A stretch of 64,000 nucleotides of DNA from an uncultured Candidatus Poseidoniales archaeon (GCA_964645485.1 CAZXZO010000005.1:10290-74289), one strand, 5' to 3'; shown: positions 1-8,497, counted from the stretch's first letter. Notes: generated by a model from the sequence alone, not told the origin. Numbers and translations are program-made.

Positions 1-90
1 TGCGGTTTTTGGGCCGCATACGGAGTCTACCGCACTGTTTTATCAGCACGAGCAGAGCCTGTCGTGAAGGATATACTCTGAGGTGTTATT

Positions 91-1395
91 TTGGACGGGG
101 TTGTCCCCACTGATTCATCTCAGCATGTGTTGGTTCACCTATCAGAAGCCAGCAAGAGAATCCAACGTCTAGTCTTGGTATTTTTGATTGTTGCAATTAT
201 TTGGGCATTCCTTGTTGATGAAATGTTTGCATGGTGGCTGGCAAGAATCCCACTTGCAGAGGGTGCTGGTTCTCTGACGATATACAGCCCTTATGCATGG
301 CTTGACACCAAGTGGACGGCGGTGGGGTTACTTGCTATCTGGACAATATTGCCGTGGGCCGCGTTAGAATTGTGGAAGTTTGCGGAACCGGGTTTGCTCC
401 AACGCGAAAAAGCATGGCTGGGTACAATGGTTACAACTGGTCTATTAGGTGGGTCAGTTTTGGTCATTGGGGGTTGGTCTTTGGGATTCCCTCGCCTAGT
501 TGAGATGGCTAATAATGCCGGAATGATTGAGGGTGTGGGTGCTCATTATGATGTGGTTTCACTGTTTGGAATGGCTCTAGCAATGACATGGTTTGTACTG
601 TTGTTTTTCCTTCAAACTCTAGGTTTAACGGTGGGAAGAGGTTTTGATTTAATTGGTGACGACCCACTCGATTCTTTGCGTTTGCGCCTGCATTTTGTTG
701 CAGTTACTATATTGTATGTTGTAACACCAATCGCATTTCAAGGACTTTTTTTGGCAGCAGCCTTGACACTTATTTTTGGTAGTGAGTTCATTGCAAATCT
801 TTCACCATTGACAAGCCGTACTCGTGGAAGAATTGCCAAGACTGTATTTGATTCCGAAGGTGGTGAAAGAAGGGTTTTGATGGTTGACTGCTCCTGTGCT
901 GATGTTTGTCCTCGTGTCAATCAAGAGGCTGTCGGGGCTAATATTGGTTTGATGTCAGCCAATGCCATTTGCCTTAATTCAGATGAAGTAGGGGCACTTT
1001 GTGAAAGAGTAGCAAGAGAGCAAATTACAGATGTTGTGATCGGCGGTTGTGATGGTTCACCTACGCCAGGAAATATGAAGCGCTCATTAGCCAATATGAA
1101 TTGTTCAATTTCTGGATTGAATCAATTATCAACAACCATTCACGGTGATATGGCAACTCCAGAATATATTGAATTAGCTAACCGAATTGACCTTGCCAGA
1201 GCATCGCGTCCTTGGTCAAAAAAAGCACAGGCGCGTGCTCAAATGGAGATTTTACAAAAACAAAAATTACCAGTTCATCTTATTTCCACCTCAAATCCAA
1301 TTCAACCTTGGGGTTTGAGATTACAGGTAAATGAGATATGGGTGCATAATGGAATTCTAATTTCGGAGAAGATTGACGTCAATTTGATTGATTAG
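91..1395 (+). CDS. tatC: TatC-like Sec-independent translocase subunit with ~190-aa Cys-rich C-terminal cytoplasmic extension
   Basis: Six hydrophobic helices in the first ~245 aa. TatC-like N-terminus 'HLSEASKRIQRLV' and loop signature 'FAEPGLLQREKAW' (compare F-x-x-PGL-x-x-x-E). GAGGTG Shine-Dalgarno-like box 5 nt upstream of the TTG start at 91. Confidence 0.6.
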   Translation: MDGVVPTDSSQHVLVHLSEASKRIQRLVLVFLIVAIIWAFLVDEMFAWWLARIPLAEGAGSLTIYSPYAWLDTKWTAVGLLAIWTILPWAALELWKFAEPGLLQREKAWLGTMVTTGLLGGSVLVIGGWSLGFPRLVEMANNAGMIEGVGAHYDVVSLFGMALAMTWFVLLFFLQTLGLTVGRGFDLIGDDPLDSLRLRLHFVAVTILYVVTPIAFQGLFLAAALTLIFGSEFIANLSPLTSRTRGRIAKTVFDSEGGERRVLMVDCSCADVCPRVNQEAVGANIGLMSANAICLNSDEVGALCERVAREQITDVVIGGCDGSPTPGNMKRSLANMNCSISGLNQLSTTIHGDMATPEYIELANRIDLARASRPWSKKAQARAQMEILQKQKLPVHLISTSNPIQPWGLRLQVNEIWVHNGILISEKIDVNLID

Positions 1396-1458
1396 ATGAA
1401 AATAATTTGAATACATGATGGCGTATCATTCAATACACACGCGGTGGAGCGGAAAACT

Positions 1459-3786
1459 ATGAGGCCAATCATTGCGATACCTATTGCGGCGATGATATTG
1501 GTTGCAGGGTGGTATGTAAGTGAAGACCCCAGGAGGATTGGGCCATTCTTTGATTATCTTGATGATTTCACTGGGGGGATTGAGAATACCGCTCCTAGTG
1601 TGCAAATTCAATCTGAGGAGCGTTGGTTGGTAGTAGTAGTTGATTTCCCCAACGCTCCGGAAACAGGATTTAGGAATGTTCAGAAGGCTGAGATTTTGTT
1701 GACTGGTACAAATGGTGCCGATGAATACATTTCAGAGGCTACCGGTGGTGCCACTACCTTATCTGTCACTATCATTCCAACGGTTTACCATGCACAAAAT
1801 CCAGATTCCTATTGGGGTGAAGATGACGGTACTGTTAGAGATGTAGGACAAGACGGTTCAGAGGGACCTGCAGGATTAGCCTCTTCAGTGATTAAAAACT
1901 CACTATCGGGGGTAGACCTCTCTCAATTTGACTTAGATTCAGATGGCTGGATTGATCGTTTCTTGATTATCCACACTGCTGAGGTTCAGGAAGATAATGG
2001 TGGAACTGGTGCCATTTGGAGTCACTATGGTCCACTAGCATCAATGGTTGAGGTTGACGGTTACAAATTTGACCATTACACAATTGCTGGTTTCGATTCA
2101 GGGTTTGGTACAATAATCCATGAAATGCTTCACCAAATGGGCGCACTCGATTTGTATGATGTTCACGGGCAGGGTACAGGTGAAGATTGGAATGGTGTTG
2201 GCGATTGGGATGTAATGGCCAGCGGAAATTGGAATGGTGTAAATGGCCGTACTCCCGCATTACCATCATTAGCGACCCTTGATTTAATTGGAGTTGAGAG
2301 GGCGACAGAAATTTCTGTCAACAACCAAGGTGGCACTCAAGATTATGTTCTAACCCCGCTTTCTTCGGCGGGTTCTGGTTTATTCATACAAATTTCACCA
2401 AGTGAACGTGTGTGGATGGCTTTCAGAGGTTCGAATGGCTTTGATAGTGAACTTCCTGGCAGCGGATTATTAGTCACAGTTCAAGATACATCTGTAGGTG
2501 ACAAAGAACAGAATTTAATCAATACAAATCCAGATATTCCTTGGTTGTATGTACTAGAGGCGGATGGTGATAATGGCCTACTTTCAGGCAATGACCAAGG
2601 TAGTGGTGGCGATACTTTCACTACAGGCGGGAAATTTGGCGCAGAAGGTCGGATTTTGGTAGACCACTACGGACGTCAAGTCAACTGGGTTGTTGAGGTA
2701 ACAGCAGTTGATTCCACCTCACTTTCTCTCTCTATTTCCACTACCGGATTGCCTAGTTTTGAGGTACTTCCTCCTCACCACCCGATTCAGCTTTTGAAAG
2801 ATGAAGATTTGTTGGTGACAGTGAACTCTTCATCTCCGTGCACCTTGAATGAAAATCTAAGTTCTAGTGATGGAAGAACAGTTTCAATAGTCGAAACGGC
2901 AGCACTTTCTGCGGGGGAATCGGTCATTCGAACCCTTCGGTGGGATACTCCTGGTATAGTTGGAGGAGAGGCGCGTTTGACGGGTGAGTTTACCTGTGGC
3001 TCATCCCTACCTCAACAAGTAAGTATTGAATTCCATACTATTGGATTACGTCTAATGAACTCAGAATTTAAGAATGATATTTCTTCAAGCGAGGAAGGAT
3101 TTGTTCTAATTCCCCTTGAGTTTACAGGATTAGGTCAACAAGTTTGGGAAGTTAGATTGGAGGGTCCAATTGAAAGGATTGCAACTACCTCGCCAACTCA
3201 AAATTTAGGTGACGGTTCTACCTTAAACCTGTCAATTTCTCCAAATGGGTTGTTAGTACCGGGTATGATTGCTAGAGGTGAAATTGTTTTACGTGATTCG
3301 CAAGGCTTGGAGCAAAGTATTGAGGTTGTGCTCACTGCTGAACAATTTGAACAGGGTGGTGAATTAGTTCGCTTCTTCTCAGACCCTGCAAATTTGATTA
3401 TCACAATGGCGGGGCTACTCGCACTGTCAGTTCTATTGGGCATGCGAAAGAAAAAATCCCCGCAATCAAAAATTCGAGAAGCAGGAAGGCAACAAGCGAT
3501 TAATCACTTGAATACGGCTGGCCAAGGGAATTTATCCCCGACAATTCAATCACAATTTTCTGCCCAACCCCAAACCGGGCAACAACAACAGCAAAATGTG
3601 CATGCAGAAAGATACTTGTCACAATTAATCGAAGATGAGAATGGTGAACCTCGCCCACAGAGTATTTCTGATGGTGTTGAGGATTTTTCTGGTCCAGATA
3701 GGCCCAGCGCACAACCTGCTCAGCAGCACAGGGTAGGGGTTTCAACTGACCCTAACTCAATTCCAGATTTGGATGATTTGTTTTAG
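1459..3786 (+). CDS. Membrane-anchored extracellular M6-like (immune inhibitor A-like) zinc metalloprotease
   Basis: 'IIHEMLHQMGALDLYD' HExxH plus downstream D, as in M6 peptidases. N-terminal signal/anchor 'MRPIIAIPIAAMILVAGWYV' (ATG at 1459; the ORF track starts at GTG 1444). C-terminal TM 'LIITMAGLLALSVLLG' followed by a basic and Q-rich tail. Confidence 0.6.
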   Translation: MRPIIAIPIAAMILVAGWYVSEDPRRIGPFFDYLDDFTGGIENTAPSVQIQSEERWLVVVVDFPNAPETGFRNVQKAEILLTGTNGADEYISEATGGATTLSVTIIPTVYHAQNPDSYWGEDDGTVRDVGQDGSEGPAGLASSVIKNSLSGVDLSQFDLDSDGWIDRFLIIHTAEVQEDNGGTGAIWSHYGPLASMVEVDGYKFDHYTIAGFDSGFGTIIHEMLHQMGALDLYDVHGQGTGEDWNGVGDWDVMASGNWNGVNGRTPALPSLATLDLIGVERATEISVNNQGGTQDYVLTPLSSAGSGLFIQISPSERVWMAFRGSNGFDSELPGSGLLVTVQDTSVGDKEQNLINTNPDIPWLYVLEADGDNGLLSGNDQGSGGDTFTTGGKFGAEGRILVDHYGRQVNWVVEVTAVDSTSLSLSISTTGLPSFEVLPPHHPIQLLKDEDLLVTVNSSSPCTLNENLSSSDGRTVSIVETAALSAGESVIRTLRWDTPGIVGGEARLTGEFTCGSSLPQQVSIEFHTIGLRLMNSEFKNDISSSEEGFVLIPLEFTGLGQQVWEVRLEGPIERIATTSPTQNLGDGSTLNLSISPNGLLVPGMIARGEIVLRDSQGLEQSIEVVLTAEQFEQGGELVRFFSDPANLIITMAGLLALSVLLGMRKKKSPQSKIREAGRQQAINHLNTAGQGNLSPTIQSQFSAQPQTGQQQQQNVHAERYLSQLIEDENGEPRPQSISDGVEDFSGPDRPSAQPAQQHRVGVSTDPNSIPDLDDLF

Positions 3787-3787
3787 T

Positions 3788-4492
3788 CTACAATTTAATC
3801 TGGTCAATTAATTGTGGATAATCATTTGCCACTTTGTTAACTGCAGTTGATACTTCGTAAAAGTCTATTTCAACAGTTGCTGAATGTACTGTATCTGGGT
3901 CAATCAGTTCATTTGCTTGAGTAGAACCCACGTCCGTGTCAAGCCAAACTTGCCAATTTTCAGGAGCAAGGATAACTGGCATTCGATGGTGAATATGTTG
4001 AAAATTTTCTCTAGATTGGCAAGTTAGAATTGTGAAAGACTCCACCGTTTCTCCATTTGATGAAGACCATGAAGACCAAAGTCCTGCTAAGGCAATTGGT
4101 TCACCGTCCAACTGGTGATGCCAAAATGGCCTCTTTCCTCCCCGGTCTTGGCACCATTCATACCAACCATCAACTGGAATAATACAGCGTTTGTTATTGA
4201 GTAAATGCTTGAACATACTTTTTTCAGAAGCAGTTTCACTGCGAGCATTTATTGGTTTTATTTTTGAATCACTTTTCGCCCAACTAGGAATCAACCCCCA
4301 TTTCATTAATCTAGTGTGGCGTGGTACAACTTGGGCCTCTCCTACTGGAGGCGTAGTTAGGATGACTGGATGCCACATTGATGGGGCAATATTGTATCGC
4401 GGCTCAGGAACCAACATATCTGGAAGAGGCTGGGTGTCAAAAAAATCTGCAAGAGTTTGTTGGCCCGTATGCAAGGCAAAGCGGCCGCACAT
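3788..4492 (-). CDS. SOS response-associated peptidase (SRAP / YedK / HMCES family), abasic-site DNA-protein crosslinking enzyme
   Basis: Canonical family N-terminus 'MCGRFALH...RYNIAPS'. Start moved to the ATG that puts the catalytic Cys at position 2 (the ORF track start at 4531 adds 13 aa). Confidence 0.85.
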   Translation of the reverse strand: MCGRFALHTGQQTLADFFDTQPLPDMLVPEPRYNIAPSMWHPVILTTPPVGEAQVVPRHTRLMKWGLIPSWAKSDSKIKPINARSETASEKSMFKHLLNNKRCIIPVDGWYEWCQDRGGKRPFWHHQLDGEPIALAGLWSSWSSSNGETVESFTILTCQSRENFQHIHHRMPVILAPENWQVWLDTDVGSTQANELIDPDTVHSATVEIDFYEVSTAVNKVANDYPQLIDQIKL

Positions 4493-4635
4493 GGAACTAG
4501 GCTGGTTGCGCAGTGCTTGACATTTCCGCAATCATCCCTTTGATTTTTCATCACTTTCACTTAGCATCTCCCCTCACCCTCTCTTGGGAAAGATGTAGGT
4601 GTGGATTAGTTCACACTATAATTCGGTGGAATCAG

Positions 4636-5421
4636 ATGAAAGCGGGTTTGATTGGATGTGGGGAAAATGATGCTGTTGTAGGTGGAGATAATGTCAATTT
4701 TGAAACTCTCAATTCAACCAAAATGAATAATATTGTCAATTGGGGTGATGTTCGTTTACAAAGAATGTTACCGCCATTAACCTTGGGAGCAATTCATCTA
4801 TTACTTGAAGACCGAAGACAATCAAAACATATCTTGCCAAGAATTGCCGCAACAGAGTTGTCTTCTGGGTTGAATGTTCATTGGGTTGATGGTGCTGGCC
4901 GTATAGACCCAGGGAATCTAGTTCCCCTTCTCCATTGGCGTGGATGCAAGCCGCAAGATGCTTTGAAGCGTCTGCAAATTAGCCGTGCCCACACTGCACA
5001 CCAGTTGAAGGCCCAGATAGAGAGATTGGTAGCTGAAGGTGAAGGGATGAGTGATTTATCGCGTTTATTCATTATTGATGATTTAGCGGCAATGTTCAAT
5101 GATCCACAGGTCGGACGCTCACAGGGCAGAGCAATGTTGGCTAGGACTTTGGACAATCTTAGAGAATTAGCCAGCCGTGGCGCTTGTGTGGTAATTTCTG
5201 CCGGCTGTGCTGGTCGTGCACCACTACCAAAAGAACATATCATTCAATTGCGAAATAATTGTGATGTCATGGTACATTTAGAATCCTTACAAGGGAGGAA
5301 AAGAAGTGGTTTATCCTTGACTTGTGTTGGACAAAAAATTAGGCATATATGGCATCCTCTTCCAAGGAATCAAGCATCACTTTCAGACTTTTGGCAAAAC
5401 GATTCAAGTGTTAATGGATGA
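4636..5421 (+). CDS. RecA/RadB-fold-like protein lacking a Walker A P-loop (uncharacterised)
   Basis: In-frame ATG at 4636 (track start 4513 lies inside the divergent SRAP 5' end). Segment order resembles a RecA core: 'LTLGAIHLLLED' (no GxxxxGK[ST]), 'LNVHWVDGAGRIDPGNL', 'LQISRAHTAHQL', Walker-B-like 'LFIIDDLAAMF', 'LRELASRGACVVISAG'. Assignment by eye only. Confidence 0.4.
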   Translation: MKAGLIGCGENDAVVGGDNVNFETLNSTKMNNIVNWGDVRLQRMLPPLTLGAIHLLLEDRRQSKHILPRIAATELSSGLNVHWVDGAGRIDPGNLVPLLHWRGCKPQDALKRLQISRAHTAHQLKAQIERLVAEGEGMSDLSRLFIIDDLAAMFNDPQVGRSQGRAMLARTLDNLRELASRGACVVISAGCAGRAPLPKEHIIQLRNNCDVMVHLESLQGRKRSGLSLTCVGQKIRHIWHPLPRNQASLSDFWQNDSSVNG

Positions 5422-7790
5422 AGTCTACAACGGTCTATTCCTGATTCATCCCAGCCAAACGGCGATAGTATTGCCCATATTGCTCTCTTAGCAAGTGGTT
5501 CATAGAATTCAGCATCTCCTATGACTTGGAAAGTTGATTCTTTTTTCGATTCGATTTCGCTCGCTAGCCGTACTCTTTCAGTACTATGCTTGTGACGCCA
5601 TGAAACTACGGCAAACTTAGCCTTGTTACCAGGTGGTATTCGTCGTCCTAATTTTTCTGCTCTAAGAAGGGCAGCGGTTGCAATTGTTTGAACACGTTCA
5701 TCACCCAATTCTTTGCGTATGCGGCGTGCAATAATGAGGTCTTTAAGTGGAATAATTCCCTTTTTCAAATTCTTTATTTCTTTATGTAAGTTAACAGTTA
5801 CTTGGTGCTGGGCGGTCCGGGACGGGTCATCTTTGAGGATTTGAAGAGAGGTCGTTTGTAATTCCTCAATCCAAGCGCAAGTTGAATGCTGTCGAAGTTC
5901 AATTCCGCGTATTTTCCAGCCTTCGTTCCCGTATCCAAAATATTTGGTCAAAGAACCAACTCCTGTGGTTCGGTTAGGTATGAAACAGATCCAATGATAA
6001 GTATCTTCTAAATCTGCAGGTATACCTATTTCACTCAATAGTTCTGCCCTTATTCTTTCTATAGAACGCAATCTTGCTGGTTCATCTCGATTTTCCAAAT
6101 CACTTAGCCACATAGAGTCTACAATTGCATGTAGTGTTTCCCAACCCTCTTTTGAGGCGATTTCAATTGCTTGCAGTAGAATCTCTCTTGCCCAAGCACA
6201 AATGGCTTCATGACATTCAATTCTACCAAACCTTGCATTACGGTATCCGGTATAACCAAAGCAGGTGACAAGCACCCATTTCAGGGCATTTTGACGGCCA
6301 TCCCATACATCTCCTTTTTTCTTCCTTCTCGATTTTAATTGCATTCTCCTCTCAATAATTGGGGCAACAACCCGGCCTAGGAATCCATGTCTACGTGTGC
6401 AAGTATGTAGATTTAGTTCAGGGACTTTCATAGTCATTGAAATTTCATTTTCAGCCCCCAATCTCTTTTCAATTTCACAGGCCGCATCAGCAAACAAAAG
6501 TGGCAATTTTCCATCTATGCTATTACTAGGTTCAGTCTTTGGGTCACAACAAGAGCAATTCAAAGTCTCAGGACTTATGTTACGGGTGGCAATAATACTA
6601 GGGAAGAGAGATGCGAAATCAAGTTCAACCACAGCATTATGGGAGCCGATTACTGGTTCTAGGTAAAGTCCCCCTCGATCGGCAGCGAGTAACTCAAGAC
6701 CATTTTTTACATCTTCAGGTCGATTTTTTTTCCACGGGACAAGTACTCCATCTTCCATAGCTTGGCGCATTTGCATAGCACTGATAGCAGATCCTGGAGA
6801 CAGACGGGAAATATCTTGGCCCGAAAGACCTGACATGCGAGCCAATTCTAGCAATCCAGCAATTCCTCCTTCTCTAACGATGAAAGACCCTGCCATATCG
6901 ATGTGTAACCTTCCTTGTAAGGCGTGATAGGATTCTTTTCGTAGAAGATTACCGTATGACCAAGTGGTCCGTCCGCGGGTTCGTGGCACTAAATCGTTCA
7001 AGTTCCGTGAGAGGTTTAGGGGTCTTCCAACTCTTTCACTAAGTCTTCTCAGAGCAGGTAGGTCAATACTATCACCGGCATCTGTAATCAATATATCCGG
7101 GTCAATTTCTGCTATTTGTTGATTAAATAATCTCAACATCTCATCTTCATTAGCATTTTCAATTATTATTGGATTGCCATGTTTTTCATCTTTACCAAGT
7201 GTTCCCTGTTGCGTGATGATGATTTTTTTCAATGGTGCACTAGCAGTACGATGGCCGTGGCTATCATAACAATCTGTAAACAGGTGGGAAATTGTCAACG
7301 GTGGCAATTCTAATGCCATATCGGTTCGACTGTCAAGCGCAGTCAATTTGTTGTCAGAAATCTTCACCCTTCCAAATGGGTGGACTTTTTTGTCAAGTAA
7401 AAGTCTCTGAGCCATTTTCTGGTCTACAGAATACAATTCATGGTGATGCCAATTTCCTCGTGCATCAATCACTTCTGCTAATTTCTTCAATTTAGATGGG
7501 CGATTTGTTGAAACTGCTAACACTGAGCGAGCACGTGTGGCTCCAAGTTCAATGAGATGTCGTTCAAAACGAGTTTGTAAATCTCCAAATTCATAATGCA
7601 TTTCAACACGGTCAAGCCATAGTGACAATTGTTCTAAACGATTGATATCGGCAGATACGTGGAGTGCTACCCGCCATTTTTCACGAAATGAAATCGTTTT
7701 ACAATCATCCAGTTTAACCCATGTAACCATCTCATCGCCATCTTGGTGGCAATCAAGAATCCAACCGTTAGTCTCATCCAACTCTATCAC
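5370..7790 (-). CDS. polB: Family-B DNA polymerase (variant: degenerate exonuclease motifs, altered motif C)
   Basis: 806 aa. Exo II-like 'DPDILITDAGDSIDLPAL'. Motif A 'LDFASLFPSII'. Motif B region 'KWVLVTCFGYTGYRNARFGRIECHEAICAWAR'. Motif C position 'LHAIVDSMW'. KxY 'TKYFGY'. No intein-sized insertion. Confidence 0.9.
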   Translation of the reverse strand: MIELDETNGWILDCHQDGDEMVTWVKLDDCKTISFREKWRVALHVSADINRLEQLSLWLDRVEMHYEFGDLQTRFERHLIELGATRARSVLAVSTNRPSKLKKLAEVIDARGNWHHHELYSVDQKMAQRLLLDKKVHPFGRVKISDNKLTALDSRTDMALELPPLTISHLFTDCYDSHGHRTASAPLKKIIITQQGTLGKDEKHGNPIIIENANEDEMLRLFNQQIAEIDPDILITDAGDSIDLPALRRLSERVGRPLNLSRNLNDLVPRTRGRTTWSYGNLLRKESYHALQGRLHIDMAGSFIVREGGIAGLLELARMSGLSGQDISRLSPGSAISAMQMRQAMEDGVLVPWKKNRPEDVKNGLELLAADRGGLYLEPVIGSHNAVVELDFASLFPSIIATRNISPETLNCSCCDPKTEPSNSIDGKLPLLFADAACEIEKRLGAENEISMTMKVPELNLHTCTRRHGFLGRVVAPIIERRMQLKSRRKKKGDVWDGRQNALKWVLVTCFGYTGYRNARFGRIECHEAICAWAREILLQAIEIASKEGWETLHAIVDSMWLSDLENRDEPARLRSIERIRAELLSEIGIPADLEDTYHWICFIPNRTTGVGSLTKYFGYGNEGWKIRGIELRQHSTCAWIEELQTTSLQILKDDPSRTAQHQVTVNLHKEIKNLKKGIIPLKDLIIARRIRKELGDERVQTIATAALLRAEKLGRRIPPGNKAKFAVVSWRHKHSTERVRLASEIESKKESTFQVIGDAEFYEPLAKRAIWAILSPFGWDESGIDRCRLHPLTLESFCQKSESDA

Positions 7791-7803
7791 GACAGCCGCA
7801 TAG

Positions 7804-8058
7804 TTATGGCTCTAATTCTTCCATTCTTGCTTCTAATCTCCTAATTCTGGCGAAACAATCCACTATTATAGACAATAACATTGGTTCAAGTGGGTCGGCA
7901 GTTGGCATTAATCCTCCAGCAGAGGCTCGCTCCCTAACTGCATTAGCAGCCCCATCCAATGCCAATTTATCCTCAGTTCGTAATGCTCTGCGAAATGCAT
8001 TCCACGCAACCATTCTCTCTTCTATACGCATTCGCCATGTTGATACTGTTCGGCCCAT
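7804..8058 (-). CDS. Small (84 aa) predicted helical protein, co-directional and 13 nt upstream of polB
   Basis: ORF with ATG start and Arg/Glu-rich helical sequence ending 'RIRRLEARMEELEP'. No recognisable family. Coding status supported only by its position in the apparent polB operon. Confidence 0.4.
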   Translation of the reverse strand: MGRTVSTWRMRIEERMVAWNAFRRALRTEDKLALDGAANAVRERASAGGLMPTADPLEPMLLSIIVDCFARIRRLEARMEELEP

Positions 8059-8125
8059 ATTAGATTAGGCAGAGTTCGAGGTTATAGTCAATTACTGAGA
8101 GGGGGGGAGACTGATGCAAAGTAAA

Positions 8126-8470
8126 ACTGAATTTTCCCAGGCGTGTGTGAAAGATGGCGGACTCAATTGTCCCAGGTATGTGTGAAAAATGGGAGACTGA
8201 ATTTGCGGAGGGTGGGTGAAAGATGCCGGCTGAATTTGCGGAGGGTGGGCGAAAGATGACGGACTCAATTGTCACAATTATGTGTGGGGAATGGAGGACT
8301 GAAATTTTCCCGGAATCATGTGAAAGGTGGCGGACTCAATTGTCCCAGTTATGTGTGAAAAATGGGGGACTGAATTTTCCCAGGCGTGTGTGAAAGATGG
8401 CGGACTCAATTGTCCCAGGTATGTGTGGAAAATGGGAGACTGAATTTTTCCCGGAATCATGTGAAAGATG
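8126..8470. repeat. Head-to-tail array of ~10 degenerate 33-38 bp units (two alternating subtypes), non-coding
   Basis: Units begin at 8145, 8180, 8216, 8249, 8282, 8320, 8353, 8388, 8423 and 8461, with a partial unit from 8126. Subtype A is 'GTGTGAAAGATGGCGGACTCAATTGTCCCAGGTAT'. Subtype B is 'GTGTGAAAAATGGGAGACTGAATTTTCCCAGGCGT'. Exact 59-bp duplicate 8126-8184 = 8369-8427 (243 bp apart = 7 units). Unit length varies, so no reading frame is kept. Confidence 0.9.
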
Positions 8471-8497
8471 GTGGGAACGATGCGGTGGTAGTGCTTG

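Noticed and set aside
5370-5421. 52-nt overlap of the convergent 3' ends of the RecA-like ORF and polB, as evidence of a frameshift or pseudogene.
   Set aside because: Both ORFs are otherwise intact, and short convergent overlaps occur in compact genomes. This cannot be resolved without reads, so it is noted under the cluster finding instead.
5370-7790. polB as part of a casposon or other self-replicating mobile element; inteins in polB.
   Set aside because: No Cas1, integrase or terminal inverted repeats are seen in the flanks, and the neighbours are housekeeping genes. At 806 aa with contiguous motifs there is no room for an intein.
8126-8470. Possible CRISPR array (regularly spaced ~35-bp repeats).
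   Set aside because: The units are directly contiguous with no unique spacers. They are degenerate and of variable length, and no cas genes are in the window.
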